A DNA stretch of 64,000 bases from positions 384,001-448,000 of the forward strand of contig CAVSGM010000003.1 of assembly GCA_963727485.1 (NCBI GenBank), in the 5' to 3' direction. The position numbers and the translations under genes are program-made. This DNA is from an uncultured delta proteobacterium. GTDB taxonomy: Bacteria; Myxococcota; Myxococcia; SLRQ01. How positions within the stretch are numbered: the stretch's first letter is position 1; every line of letters begins with the position of its first letter. Under the pieces are notes generated by a model that was not told the DNA's origin, searched no databases, and saw only the letters and a list, made by a program, of their open reading frames with translations. This document shows, in pieces, positions 20,622-31,216 of this stretch.

Positions 20622-20949
20622 TCAGTCCCCGACGCCGGGGAAGTGGTGCACGTACTTCACCCGGAGATCGGGGAAGTGCTTCACCACCTGCACCTTGAGG
20701 TCGGGGAAGTGCTTCACCCGCTGCCACTTCCCGCACTGGTCGGGGAAGTGCTCGACCTGCTCCACCTTGAGGTCGGGGAAGTGGTCCACGATCTGGATCT
20801 TCAGAATCGGGGAAGTGCTTCACGAACTCGATCTTGCCCCAGAGCTTGTGGCCCTTGTAGGTGCAGTCGGGGCCGACCTTGCCGGCCAGCGCCGCGGAGC
20901 TCGCGGTGACGAAGACGAGGGCGAGGAGCGCCCGGACCAGCCTGCGCAT
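20622..20949 (-). CDS. Small secreted protein with six V-x-HFP(D/G) repeats; frameshift at 20804-20808
   Basis: Signal MRRLVRALLALVFVTASSAALA; corrected frame VKHFPDLKIQIVDHFPDLKVEQVEHFPDQCGKWQRVKHFPDLKVQVVKHFPDLRVKYVHHFPGVGD. Confidence 0.75.
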
Positions 20950-21049
20950 CGTGGCCTCCCTGGCGATGCGGGTGAGCCTCGGTTGTAGCGACTCGGGGGC
21001 GGCGTCGGCAAGGGGACCTACGGCTCCCGGGGTCGTGTACCCTGGCACG

Positions 21050-22438
21050 ATGGCGGAGCTCGGCGAGGCGGCGGAGCCGGCGCAGCGGCCGGCCGGGGAG
21101 GACGGCGAGGGCGCCGGGGGAGGGGATCCGGCCCGCCCCGCCGCCGGCGACCTCGCCATCACCCTCGGCGGCCTCGAGCGCTTCTGGCGCGAGCACGTGG
21201 TCTACGCGGACTGGACCGCCGAGGAGGAGCGCGCCTTCCGGGTCCAGGCCCGGAAGGTCACCGCCGGCCTGCTTACCGGCTTCCTCCTCGCGGGCCTCCT
21301 CGCCCTGGTGCTCACCTGGCCCACCGACGAGGTCCTCCTCCGGGGCCGGGTGCCGGCCCTGGCCTTCAACCTCTGGCGCTCGGTGTTCCTGGTTACCGGC
21401 TCGCTGCTGGTGCTCATCCTCCGGCTGCCGCGCCTCGCGGAGGCCGGCTGGACCCACCCGGTGGCCATCGCCGTCCTCCTCCTCGACGCCGCGGTCGCCG
21501 GCTACGCCAGCGGGTGGATGGGCGGGCTGCACCTGCCCTACTTCTACATCGTCTACGCCCTGGGCGGGGTGGGGCTGGTGTTCCACATCCGCCTCCTCAA
21601 CCGGATGCTGGTCACCTTCGGCCTCACCGTCGCCTTCGCCGGCGCCTTCTTCCTGCCCTTCCCGGCGAACCTCGAGGGGCCGTTCCTGGTGTCGGTGGGC
21701 CTGGTGGTCGGGGTCCTCGATCTCCTCTTCATCTGCATCGGCCACTTCATCTACGACCAGAGCCGGGTGAACTTCCGGCAGCGCCTCGCCATCGAGGAGG
21801 CCCACGACCGGAACGAGGCGCTGCTCCTCAACATCCTCCCGGCGCCGATCGCCGATCGCCTCCGCGCCGAGCAGCGCCCCATCGCCGACGCCTTCCCCGC
21901 GGTCACCGTCCTCTTCGCCGACATCGTGGGCTTCACTCCGCTCTCCGACGCCCTGCCGCCGGAGCAGCTGGTGGCCTTCCTCAACCGCCTCTTCTCCGCC
22001 TTCGATGGCCTGGTCGACCGCCACGGCCTGGAGAAGATCAAGACCATCGGCGACGCCTACATGGTGGTCGGCGGGCTCCCGGCGCCGCGGCCCGATCACG
22101 CCGAGGCGGTGGGCTCCCTGGCCCTGGAGATGCTGGAGACCGCGGCGGCGCTCGAGGGCCCCGACGGCACCCCGGTGCGCCTGCGCATCGGCATCCACAC
22201 CGGCCCCGCCGTCGCCGGGGTCATCGGGGTGCGCAAGTTCAGCTATGACCTCTGGGGCGACACGGTGAACACCGCCAGCCGCATGGAGTCCCACGGGGTC
22301 CCCGGGCGGATCTGCGTGTCGGAACAGACCTTCCACGCCCTCGAGGGGCGCTTCTGCTTCGAGCCCCGGGGCGAGGTCGAGGTCAAGGGCAAGGGGCGCC
22401 TCGCCACCTGGCTCCTCACCCGGCGCCGGACCGGGTAG
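21050..22438 (+). CDS. Membrane-bound class III adenylate cyclase
   Basis: About six TM segments; VTVLFADIVGFT, EKIKTIGDAYM (Lys) and YDLWGDTVNTASRMES (Asp) indicate ATP specificity. Confidence 0.9.
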   Translation: MAELGEAAEPAQRPAGEDGEGAGGGDPARPAAGDLAITLGGLERFWREHVVYADWTAEEERAFRVQARKVTAGLLTGFLLAGLLALVLTWPTDEVLLRGRVPALAFNLWRSVFLVTGSLLVLILRLPRLAEAGWTHPVAIAVLLLDAAVAGYASGWMGGLHLPYFYIVYALGGVGLVFHIRLLNRMLVTFGLTVAFAGAFFLPFPANLEGPFLVSVGLVVGVLDLLFICIGHFIYDQSRVNFRQRLAIEEAHDRNEALLLNILPAPIADRLRAEQRPIADAFPAVTVLFADIVGFTPLSDALPPEQLVAFLNRLFSAFDGLVDRHGLEKIKTIGDAYMVVGGLPAPRPDHAEAVGSLALEMLETAAALEGPDGTPVRLRIGIHTGPAVAGVIGVRKFSYDLWGDTVNTASRMESHGVPGRICVSEQTFHALEGRFCFEPRGEVEVKGKGRLATWLLTRRRTG

Positions 22439-22922
22439 CCCGCCGCGGGGCAAGTCGTCGCTGCGACCAGAGGAAGAGCGCCACCCCGCCGACGATGCAG
22501 ATGTCGGCGACGTTGAACACCGGCCAGTGGTGCAGGTGGATGAAGTCGACCACGTGGCCCACGGTGATCCGGTCGAGGAGGTTGCCGGCGTCGCCGGCGA
22601 GGACCAGGGCGCAGGCGAGCTGCTCCAGCCCCGAGGCCTCGCCCCGGCGCCGGCGCACCACCCAGAACCCGGCGACGCCCAGCCCGAGCAAGAGCTCCAG
22701 GCCGAGGATCAGCGGGAAGCGCGCGGGCTCGGGCACCAGGCGCAGGAGGCCGAAGCTCACGTCGCGGTTCTCGGTGTAGGCGAGGTCGAGGAACCCCGGG
22801 ACCACCGGCACCGGGGCCCGGGCCTCGAGGCGGGTGACCGCGAGGTGCTTGGTGACGTGGTCGCAGCCGACCAGGCCGACCATGAGCGCCGCGAGGACGA
22901 GAAGGGACAGGTGCTTGCGCAT
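22416..22922 (-). CDS. lspA: Signal peptidase II
   Basis: D..TK, N...SFG, GNLLDR, VVDFI, WPVFNVAD. Confidence 0.9.
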   Translation of the reverse strand: MRKHLSLLVLAALMVGLVGCDHVTKHLAVTRLEARAPVPVVPGFLDLAYTENRDVSFGLLRLVPEPARFPLILGLELLLGLGVAGFWVVRRRRGEASGLEQLACALVLAGDAGNLLDRITVGHVVDFIHLHHWPVFNVADICIVGGVALFLWSQRRLAPRRATRSGAG

Positions 22923-22952
22923 GGAGGCCTCCGCGCCGGCGAGTCTACCGCT

Positions 22953-24041
22953 TCAGCCCCAGAGCCGGTCGATGCGCCCGACCTCGACGGCCCGGTCGGC
23001 GGTCTTCCCCAGGACCGTGACCCCGAGGATCATCGCCTGGAAGCGCGGGTCCTGGGTCAGCCCCTGCTTGAAGCGCGCGTAGATCTGCTGGGCGATGACC
23101 GCTACCTTGAACAGGCCGAAGACGTAGTAGAAGAGGATGCCGGCGACGTCGTCGCCGCTCTTCTCGGCGTAGCGCGCCACCACCTCGGCGCGGGTGAGGT
23201 TCCCGGGGAGCGTCGTGGGCCCCACCGGGAGCATCCGCATCTCGGGGCTGTCGTCCGGGTCGACCCAGTAGCCGAGGCTGGTGCCGAGGTCCATCAGCGG
23301 GTCGCCCACCGTGGCCATCTCCCAGTCGAGGACGGCGACGATGCGGGTGAGGTCGGCGGGGTCGAGGACCAGGTTGTCGTACTTGTAGTCGTTGTGGATG
23401 AGCGCCGCCCCGCGCTCGGGGGGCACGTGGTCGAGGAGCCAGGCGGCGGCCCGCTCCACCTCGGGGAGGTCGTCGGTGCGGGCGGCGGCGTAGCGCCGGG
23501 TCCACCCCTCGACCTGCCGGCGCACGTAGCCCTCGGGGTGGCCGAGGTCGCCGAGGCCGCAGGCGGCGAAGTCGACCCCGTGGAGCTCGGCGAGGCCGTC
23601 GACCAGGGCCTCGGAGAGGGCCCGCATCCGCTCGGGCGGCAGCGCCACGCCGGCTGGGGCCTGCTGCTTGCGGAGGATGACGCCCTCGACCCGGTCCATG
23701 AGGTAGAAGGGCGCGCCGAGGACCGCCGGGTCGTCGCAGTAGAGACGGGCCCGGGGCGCCTTGGGGTAGACGTCCGCGAGCCGCGAGAGGATCCGGTACT
23801 CCCGGCCCATGTCGTGGGCGCTCTTGACCTTGGTGCCGAACGGCGGGCGCCGGAGCACCAGCTCCCGGCCCCCGGCGCGCACCAGGTAGGTGAGGTTGGA
23901 GTGGCCCCCGGGGAACTGGAGGACCTCGACCTCGCCTTCGGCCTCGGGCATCCGCTCGGCGATGAACGCCGCCAGGCGCTCGGTGTCCAGGGCCTCGCCC
24001 TCGCGGACCGCCCGCGCCTGGTCCACCGGGCCCTGGCTCAT
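22953..24041 (-). CDS. APH-family phosphotransferase (LvaA / ACAD10-11 kinase-like)
   Basis: [46 protein letters not shown] coupling. Confidence 0.88.
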   Translation of the reverse strand: MSQGPVDQARAVREGEALDTERLAAFIAERMPEAEGEVEVLQFPGGHSNLTYLVRAGGRELVLRRPPFGTKVKSAHDMGREYRILSRLADVYPKAPRARLYCDDPAVLGAPFYLMDRVEGVILRKQQAPAGVALPPERMRALSEALVDGLAELHGVDFAACGLGDLGHPEGYVRRQVEGWTRRYAAARTDDLPEVERAAAWLLDHVPPERGAALIHNDYKYDNLVLDPADLTRIVAVLDWEMATVGDPLMDLGTSLGYWVDPDDSPEMRMLPVGPTTLPGNLTRAEVVARYAEKSGDDVAGILFYYVFGLFKVAVIAQQIYARFKQGLTQDPRFQAMILGVTVLGKTADRAVEVGRIDRLWG

Positions 24042-25246
24042 CGGCGGGTCTCCATCCCGTGGCCCCGGAGGATGCGCCGCGCCACCGCCGACTTGTGGAC
24101 CTCGTCGGGGCCGTCGTAGATCCGGGCGGCGCGCTCGTGGGCGTACCAGGAGGCCAGCGGCGTGTCGTCGGTGACCCCCAGGCCCCCGTGGACCTGGATG
24201 GCCCGGTCGAGGACCCGGTTCAGCACCCCGGCCACCTGGAACTTGATGATCGAGATGTCGCTCTTCGCGGCGTAGGCGCCCTCCCGGTCGATGCGCCAGG
24301 CGGTGCGCAGGACCATCAGGCGCGCGGCGTCGATCTCGGCGCGGCTCTCGGCGATCCAGTCCTGGACGTTGCTCCGGGTCCCGAGCGGCTTGCCCGGCGC
24401 CAGCTCCCTCGTCGCGGCCCGGTCGCACATCAGGTCGAAGGCGCGCTCGCAGATCCCGATCCAGCGCATGCAGTGGTGGATGCGTCCGGGCCCGAGGCGC
24501 TCCTGGGCCAGGAGGAAGCCGGCGCCCTCGGCGCCGAGGAGGTTCGCCCTGGGGACCCGCACCTGGTCGAAGCGGGTCTCGCCGTGGCTCGCCCAGCCGC
24601 CGCCGGCGTGGCCCATCACCGAGATGTTGCGCACCAGGCTGTAGCCCTCGGTGTCGGTGGGCACCAGGATCTGGCTCGCCCGGGCGTAGGGGCTCTCGGC
24701 CTCGGGGTCGGTGACCGCCATGCAGATGGCGAGCTGGGCGCCGTCCGCCGAGGAGGTGAACCACTTGTGGCCGGTGATGACGTAGTCGTCGCCGTCATGC
24801 TCGGCCACCGTCGACATCCACACCGGGTTGGAGCCGGCGTGCTCGGGCTCGGTCATGGCGAAGCAGCTGCGGATCTTCCCGGCCACCAGCGGCCCCAGCC
24901 ACCGGTCCTTCTGCTCGGCGGTGCCGTGCTCCAGGAGCAGCTCCATGTTCCCCACGTCCGGGGCGGCGCAGTTGAACACGAAGTGGCCGATGGGGGTGCG
25001 GCCCAACACCTCGCTCAAGTGGGCGAACTCCGAGAGCGAGAGCCCGGCGCCGCCGGCCGCCTTGGGGATGTGGGGGGCGAACAGGCCCATCTCCCGCACC
25101 TGGTCGCGCAGGCCCTCCAGGCGCTCGGCCGAGGCCACGAAGCCGGCGGCCATCACCTCGCCCTCCACGGGGATGAGCTCGGTGTCCACGAACGCGCGCA
25201 CCCGGCTCACCAGCTCCCGGGTCTTCTCCTCGATGCCAAAGTCCAT
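24038..25246 (-). CDS. Acyl-CoA dehydrogenase (LvaC / ACAD10-11 type)
   Basis: [43 protein letters not shown]. Confidence 0.9.
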   Translation of the reverse strand: MDFGIEEKTRELVSRVRAFVDTELIPVEGEVMAAGFVASAERLEGLRDQVREMGLFAPHIPKAAGGAGLSLSEFAHLSEVLGRTPIGHFVFNCAAPDVGNMELLLEHGTAEQKDRWLGPLVAGKIRSCFAMTEPEHAGSNPVWMSTVAEHDGDDYVITGHKWFTSSADGAQLAICMAVTDPEAESPYARASQILVPTDTEGYSLVRNISVMGHAGGGWASHGETRFDQVRVPRANLLGAEGAGFLLAQERLGPGRIHHCMRWIGICERAFDLMCDRAATRELAPGKPLGTRSNVQDWIAESRAEIDAARLMVLRTAWRIDREGAYAAKSDISIIKFQVAGVLNRVLDRAIQVHGGLGVTDDTPLASWYAHERAARIYDGPDEVHKSAVARRILRGHGMETRR

Positions 25247-25270
25247 GACGCCTCCTGCGAGAGTCGGGGC

Positions 25271-25984
25271 TCACCTCCCGGTGAGCAGCTCCGCGGTAAG
25301 ATGGGGCACGGCGTTGAACCGGGCGAGGGACAGGCGCCCGGTGGTGAAGCGCAGCTCGGTGAACGCCGCGTTGACGTGCACCCAGGACAGCCCGAAGACC
25401 TTGTGGGGGTCGGTGGCGCCCACCGCCTCGCCCACCGCGGCGCCGATGGCGCCCCCGGAGGTGAACGCCAGGATCCGCTGCCCGGGCGTCGCCGCCTCGC
25501 ACACCGTGTGGACGCCGGCGGCCACCCGCGCCCGGAAGGCGGCGAAGGGCTCGAGGCCTTCGGCCTCGAGGCGCCCCTCGACCCAGGCGTCGGTGATCAC
25601 CCGGAACACCCGGCCGAAGGCCCGGCGGGCCTCGAGGCTCCCGGTGCCCATGGCGCTGACCGCCTGTTGAAGCGACGGGTCCCGGGCGAGGGCCCAGGGG
25701 ACGCCCCGGGCGATGAGGACCTCGGCGTCGTACTCGTCGAAGGCGGCGTCGAGCTCGGCCTCGGGCCAAGGGCGACCCACGTCGTGGAAGGCGGCGGCGA
25801 CGGCGGCCTCGGTCTCCCGGTGCCGGGCCCGGGGCCCCACCCGCACCCGGTCCACCGCCGCGGGATCGAGGGCGAGGTGCCGCCCCAGGGCCTCGGCCTG
25901 GCGGCGGCCCAGGTCGGTGAGGCCCAGGTAGCCCTCGGGGGCGAAGCGCGCCTGCCCGTGGCGCACCAGCACCAGCTCGCCCAT
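25271..25984 (-). CDS. Histidine phosphatase family protein
   Basis: LVRHGQA, RHRET, EYD, FTSGG; TGATG coupling to the SDR. Confidence 0.85.
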   Translation of the reverse strand: MGELVLVRHGQARFAPEGYLGLTDLGRRQAEALGRHLALDPAAVDRVRVGPRARHRETEAAVAAAFHDVGRPWPEAELDAAFDEYDAEVLIARGVPWALARDPSLQQAVSAMGTGSLEARRAFGRVFRVITDAWVEGRLEAEGLEPFAAFRARVAAGVHTVCEAATPGQRILAFTSGGAIGAAVGEAVGATDPHKVFGLSWVHVNAAFTELRFTTGRLSLARFNAVPHLTAELLTGR

Positions 25985-26745
25985 CAGACCACGTGCCCGC
26001 CGTCGACCATGTAGACCCCGCCGGTGCAGTAGGCGGCGGCGCCCGAGGCGAGGAAGACCACCGTCCCCGCCACGTCGTCGGGCTCGCCGATGCGGCCCAG
26101 CGGGAGGTGGGAGACGAACTCGCGGGTGATGGACTCGTTCTCCCACAGGGCCCGGCTGAACCGGGTCTTGATGAGGCCCGGGCACACGGCGTTGACCCGG
26201 ATCCCCGACGGCCCCCACTCGCGGGCCAGGACCTTGGTGAGGCTCACCAGGCCCGCCTTGCTCACGCTGTAGATCCCCAGGCCCGGCTCCGGGCGGATCC
26301 CGCCGATGCTGGAGATGTTCACGATGCTCCCGCCTCCGCGCGCGGACATGGAGGGGTGCACCCCTTTGGCGAGCTCGAAGGGCGCCTCGAGGTTGACCTC
26401 CATGATCTTGCGGAAGGCGGCGGCGTCGACGTTGAGCGACGGACCGAAGACCGGGTTGGTGGCGGCGTTGTTCACCAGGACGTCGACGCCGCCGTAGGCC
26501 TCGAGGGTGCGGGCGACCAGGGCCTCCCGGGCCTCGGCGTCGCCCACGTGGCAGGCGATGGCCGTGGCCTCGCCTCCGTCCGCGCGGATGGCCTCGGCCA
26601 CCTGGTCCACCGCCGTCTGCTTGCGGCTGCTGACCACCACCTTGGCGCCGGCCGCCGCGAGCCCCCGGGCCACGGCCTCGCCGATGCCCTTGGACGCCCC
26701 GGTGACCACCGCGACCTTGCCTTCGAGGGAGAAGCGATTGGCCAT
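25984..26745 (-). CDS. SDR oxidoreductase (DHRS4-like)
   Basis: TGASKGIG, NNAATNP, YSVSK, PGLIKT. Confidence 0.92.
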   Translation of the reverse strand: MANRFSLEGKVAVVTGASKGIGEAVARGLAAAGAKVVVSSRKQTAVDQVAEAIRADGGEATAIACHVGDAEAREALVARTLEAYGGVDVLVNNAATNPVFGPSLNVDAAAFRKIMEVNLEAPFELAKGVHPSMSARGGGSIVNISSIGGIRPEPGLGIYSVSKAGLVSLTKVLAREWGPSGIRVNAVCPGLIKTRFSRALWENESITREFVSHLPLGRIGEPDDVAGTVVFLASGAAAYCTGGVYMVDGGHVV

Positions 26746-26855
26746 GGCGGCCACCGTACGGAGCCGGCGGCCCGCGGGCAAGGGGCGCGTGGGGAGGGCG
26801 CCCCCGGGGCGCTTCGGGGGGCGTGGCGGCGGCGCGTGTCTAGGCTTCGTCCGAC

Positions 26856-28343
26856 GTGGACCCCCCGAAGCCTCCGCCGGGCCGCTCGCGGATCGCCGAC
26901 GTCGGGCTCTTCCTGGGCCCGGCGCTGGCGGGGGTGGCCTGGTACGCGCTCCCGGGTGGCTACCTCGGCGACGGCGGCGCCCACGTGGTCCTCGGCCCCG
27001 GCGCCCGGGCCACCGCCGCCACCGGCGCCTGGATGGCCACCTGGTGGCTCACCGAGGCGATCCCCATCCCCGCCACCGCGCTCCTCCCCATCGCGCTCCT
27101 GCCCACCCTGGGGCGGATGAAGGTCGGGGCCGTGACCGCCGCCTACGGCCACCCGCTGATCTTCCTGTTCATGGGCGGGTTCATCCTCTCGCTGGCGATG
27201 CAGCGCTGGGGCCTCCACCGGCGCTTCGCCCTCACCGCGCTCGCCCGGGTGGGCTCACGCCCGGACGCCCTGGTCGCCGGGTTCATGGCGGTCACGGCGC
27301 TCCTGTCCATGTGGGTGTCGAACACGGCCACCGCCCTGATGATGCTCCCGGTGGGCCTCTCGGTGGTGGCGCTGGCCGAGGAGGAGGGCGGGGCGGAGCG
27401 CCTGGGACCGGCGCTGCTCCTGGGCATCGCCTACGCCGCCTCCATCGGCGGCACCGGCACCCTCATCGGCTCGCCGCCCAACGGCTTCTTCGCCTCCTAC
27501 GCCGAGCAGCGCTTCGGCCACCCGGTGGCCTTCACCGACTGGATGCGCTTCGCGCTGCCCTTCATGCTGGTGTTCCTGCCCCTCGCCTGGTGGCTCCTGG
27601 TGCGGGTGCTGGAGCCGGTGGGGCGCCGGCGCCTGCCCGGGGTCGACGCCCTGGTGGCCGAGGCGAAGGCGGGCCTCGGCCGCGCCGACCCCGGCGAGCG
27701 CTGGACCCTCCTGGTCTTCGGCCTCACCGCCCTGGCGTGGATCGTCCGCCCGTTCCTGGCCCGGCTCGGGGCCGGGGGACACCATCCCCTCGCCGGCCTC
27801 TCCGACGCGGGCATCGCCATGACCGCGGCGGCGCTCCTCTTCGTGCTCCCGGTGGACTGGAAGCGCCGGGTGTTCGTCATGGACTGGGAGACCGCGGCGC
27901 GGTTGCCCTGGGGCGTGCTCATCCTCTTCGGCGGCGGGCTGGCGCTGGCCCACGCCATCGACGCCACCGGCCTCGGCGCCTTCGTGGGCCACGCCCTCGG
28001 GGGCCTGAAGGGCGTCCCGGTGTGGGTCCTGGTGCTGGCCGTGACCACGGTGGTCGTCTTCCTCACCGAGCTCACCAGCAACACCGCCACCGCGGCGACC
28101 TTCATCCCCATCCTCGCCAGCGTCGCCACCACCCTCGGCCTCGATCCCTACCTGCTGATGGTGCCGGTGGCGCTCGCGGCGAGCTGCGCCTTCATGCTCC
28201 CGGTGGCCACCCCGCCCAACGCCATCGTCTTCGGCTCCGGGCGCATCTCCATGCGGTCCATGGCCCGGGCGGGGATGGTGCTCAACCTGGTGAGCATCGT
28301 CCTGGTGACCGCGGTGACCCTGCTCCTGGTCCGCGGTCCCTAG
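26856..28343 (+). CDS. SLC13/DASS family sodium:dicarboxylate/sulfate symporter
   Basis: SNTAT twice, GSPPN, PVATPPNA; many TM helices. Confidence 0.92.
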   Translation: MDPPKPPPGRSRIADVGLFLGPALAGVAWYALPGGYLGDGGAHVVLGPGARATAATGAWMATWWLTEAIPIPATALLPIALLPTLGRMKVGAVTAAYGHPLIFLFMGGFILSLAMQRWGLHRRFALTALARVGSRPDALVAGFMAVTALLSMWVSNTATALMMLPVGLSVVALAEEEGGAERLGPALLLGIAYAASIGGTGTLIGSPPNGFFASYAEQRFGHPVAFTDWMRFALPFMLVFLPLAWWLLVRVLEPVGRRRLPGVDALVAEAKAGLGRADPGERWTLLVFGLTALAWIVRPFLARLGAGGHHPLAGLSDAGIAMTAAALLFVLPVDWKRRVFVMDWETAARLPWGVLILFGGGLALAHAIDATGLGAFVGHALGGLKGVPVWVLVLAVTTVVVFLTELTSNTATAATFIPILASVATTLGLDPYLLMVPVALAASCAFMLPVATPPNAIVFGSGRISMRSMARAGMVLNLVSIVLVTAVTLLLVRGP

Positions 28344-28352
28344 AGGGCCCGC

Positions 28353-29096
28353 CTAGCGCTGGTCGCCGTGCCACTGGGCCAGCGGGTGGCCGTAGTGGGC
28401 GCGGACCAGCTCCCGGTGGCGCCGGCCCAGGAACGGGCGGATGGCGAGGAGGCCGAAGAGGAACCCGCCGACGTGGGCGAACACCGCGATGCCGCTGCCC
28501 TCGGCGGCGGTGTGGGAGAGCGCCATCGAGGTGCCGTAGAGGAACTGCTGGAGGAACCAGATGCCGAGGAAGAGGATCGCCGGGATCTCGAAGAACAGCG
28601 GGATGAACACGATGAGGATGAGCATCCGCACCCGGACCAGGGGGAAGAGCAGGAGGAAGCCGCCCATGATCCCGGAGATCGCCCCGGAGGCGCCGATCAT
28701 GGGGACGTTCGACGCCGGCGCCATGAGGATCTGGGCGTGGGCGGCGAGGACCCCGGCGAGGAGGTAGAAGACCAGGAACCGGACCCGGCCCATCCGCCCC
28801 TCGAGGACCGAGCCGAAGACCCAGAGGTAGAGCATGTTGCCGCCGATGTGCAGCCACCCGCCGTGGATGAACATCGAGGCGAAGAGGGGCAAGAGCCACA
28901 GATCCACCCTTGCTGGGGCCTGGGTCAGCGCCGCCAGGTAGTGGTGGGGCACCAGCCCGTAGACCTCGATGAACCGGTTCAAGAGGGGCTTGGGCAGCGA
29001 GATCTCGTGGAGGAAGACCACGAAGTTCGCGGCGATGAGCAGCCCGGTTACCAGGGGCAGGTGGAGGCGGCGGATGTAGACGCGCAGCGGGAACAT
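28353..29096 (-). CDS. Rhomboid intramembrane serine protease
   Basis: HGGWLHIGGNM, GASGAISG, AHVGGF. Confidence 0.92.
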   Translation of the reverse strand: MFPLRVYIRRLHLPLVTGLLIAANFVVFLHEISLPKPLLNRFIEVYGLVPHHYLAALTQAPARVDLWLLPLFASMFIHGGWLHIGGNMLYLWVFGSVLEGRMGRVRFLVFYLLAGVLAAHAQILMAPASNVPMIGASGAISGIMGGFLLLFPLVRVRMLILIVFIPLFFEIPAILFLGIWFLQQFLYGTSMALSHTAAEGSGIAVFAHVGGFLFGLLAIRPFLGRRHRELVRAHYGHPLAQWHGDQR

Positions 29097-29108
29097 GACC
29101 CTCTAGGG

Positions 29109-31119
29109 TTAGGCCCGCGGCGCCCGGCTGGCACGCGCGATCAGATGGGCCACCCGCTCGAGCTCCGCCCGGCGCTGCTCCTCGCGCATCGGCGGCCGGC
29201 CCCGAACCAGGGAGCGCACCGCGCCGGTGTCCGGGGCGAACCACACCGGGAGCGCCGAGCTCCGGCTGCCCCGGAGCAGGGTGAGGGCCGCCTCGGCGAT
29301 CCGGGCCATCGCCTCCCGGGGCGCGGGCCGGGGCCACCACCCGGGAACGCCGGCGGCGGTGGCGGCGGCCTGGATCAGGGGCGCCGCCTCCCGCTCCAGA
29401 AAGGCGAAGGCGGCGTCCCGGCGGTCGTGCCGGCCGAGGGCCTCGGCGACCAGGACCTGCTCCACCCGTGCGGCGTACCGGGTGCCGTGGATCTCGCAGG
29501 CCCGATTCGAGGGCGTCGGCTGCCTCGGGGAGCCGACCCAGGCGCCACAGGGCCTCGCCCTGGTACATGGGCATCGAGGCGCCCACGTAGCCGAGGACCT
29601 CCCGGCCCCGCTCCAGGGCCTCGAGGGCAGCCTCGGGCTCGCCGCTCCGGGTGAGGGTGGCGCCGAGGCCGAACCAGCCCCAGGTGGTCCGGGCTGCCCG
29701 CTCGAGCACCGCCTCGAAGCAGGCCCGGGCGTCGTCGATGCGATCGGCCCAGAGGAGCAGCTCGCCCCGGTAGCACTCGGCCACCGGCGAGTGGTCGACC
29801 TGGTCCAGGAAGCGCTCGAGGGCGGCGAGGGTGTCGTCGATGCCCCGCCAGGTGATCTCGTGCTGGAGGTCCCGGGCGCGGCGCCGCACCGTCGGGAGGA
29901 CGGGCACCGCCTCGAGCCCTCCGGGCCGGGGCCGGGGCCGGGTCGGCCAGGGCGTCAGGTTGTTGCCCAGCGCGGCCAGGCAGGCCTCGGCGGCGGCGAC
30001 CAGGGGCGCCGTGGAGCCGCCCCCGGGGGGCACGGTCACCGGGAAGCCCGCGGCGGTGAGCTGATCGGCGAGCCACTCGTAGCCGCGGGCCTCGAACCAC
30101 CGGGGCGCTCCCCGGGCGAGGTGCACCAGGGCGTGTCTTGCCTTGGCGGCCAGGTAGTCCGGGCGGCGGTTCTTGGCCTCGAAGATGTCGTCGGCGGCGC
30201 CCGCGAGGTCCCCGAGGAGGCGGCGGTGCTCCGCCCGCCAGAGCCACGCCTCGGGCCAGTCGGGGGCGGCGGCGATCACGGCGTCGAGGCGGGTGCCGGC
30301 GTCGTCGGCCCCCCGGCGCACGGCCACCGCCGCGTCCACCAGCTGCGCCAGGGTCGTCTCGGGTGCGCGCGCCAGGGTGTCCCGGGCGAGGCGGCCGGCC
30401 TCGTCGAGGTCCCCTCGGAAGAGGGCGAGCTCGGCGGCGATCGCCTGGGCCGCCGGCACCTCCGGGTGGGCGGCGGCGAGGGCGGCGAGGCGGTCCGGGC
30501 GCCCCTGCTCGAGGTGGAGCTCCCGGGCGGCGGACCAGTCGCCGGTGCCGCTGCGGAGATGGGCGGCGAGGAGGTCGGCCACCGCTTCGGTGTCCCCGGC
30601 GGCGGCGGCCGTCCTGGCGGCGTGGAGGTGCAACCCGGTCCGCTTCGCCTCGGGGAGCCCCTCCTGGGCCAGCCGCTCCCGGATCAGCTCCAGGGCCCGT
30701 GCCGGGGCCCCGGTCCGGGCGAGGAGGAGCGACGCGGTCTCCAGCAGGGCCGGATCCCGAGGCCCGGCCAGGTGCGTCTCGAGCTCGGCGCGGGCCTCCT
30801 CCAGATAGTGGAGGCGGATGAGCCAGGCGAGGCGCATGCGTCGGGGGTAGGCCGGATCCGGTGCCATCCGTGCGGCCGCCTCGAGGTCGGCGAGGCCCTC
30901 GTCGAAGGCGCCGGTGGCCAGGCGCGTCCTTGCCACGAGGAGCCGGGTCGTCGCTCCGTCGGGATCGGCGTCCACCGCCTCGGCGAGACCGGCGCGCAGC
31001 GCCTCCGGGTCCCCGGCGTCGGCGGCCCCCAGGGCCCGCCGGAGGGCCCTGGCAGCGGGCAGGGGCAGGGCTGCGACGGGGAAGCGGGGGCCTCGGCGGC
31101 CGGGCGGCGAGCCAGACAT
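29109..31119 (-). CDS. TPR-repeat protein; frameshift at 29504-29508
   Basis: Repeated A..A...P..A helical motifs (AWLWRAE, CYRGELLLW, WFGLG, YQGEALWRLG); removing one base at GATTC gives ...ALDRACEIHGTRYAARVEQ to stop 29109. Confidence 0.7.
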
Positions 31120-31216
31120 TGAGCCATGATCCGGGGAATCCGGGGCCCTGTCGAGCGACCCCGGGCCACCGATAGGGATTGGCGAGCCGGTGGGCGCCAT
31201 GGTAATTGGGCGGCCC

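Noticed and set aside
20630..20825. Regularly spaced TCGGGGAAGTG repeats resembling a mini CRISPR array
   Set aside because: The repeats are only about 11 nt, the spacing is 33-39 nt, the spacers resemble each other, and they encode HFPD peptide repeats; no cas genes are present.
22416..22922. lspA as an antibiotic self-resistance marker of a biosynthetic cluster
   Set aside because: There are no PKS/NRPS genes in the window, and myxobacteria often have several lspA copies.
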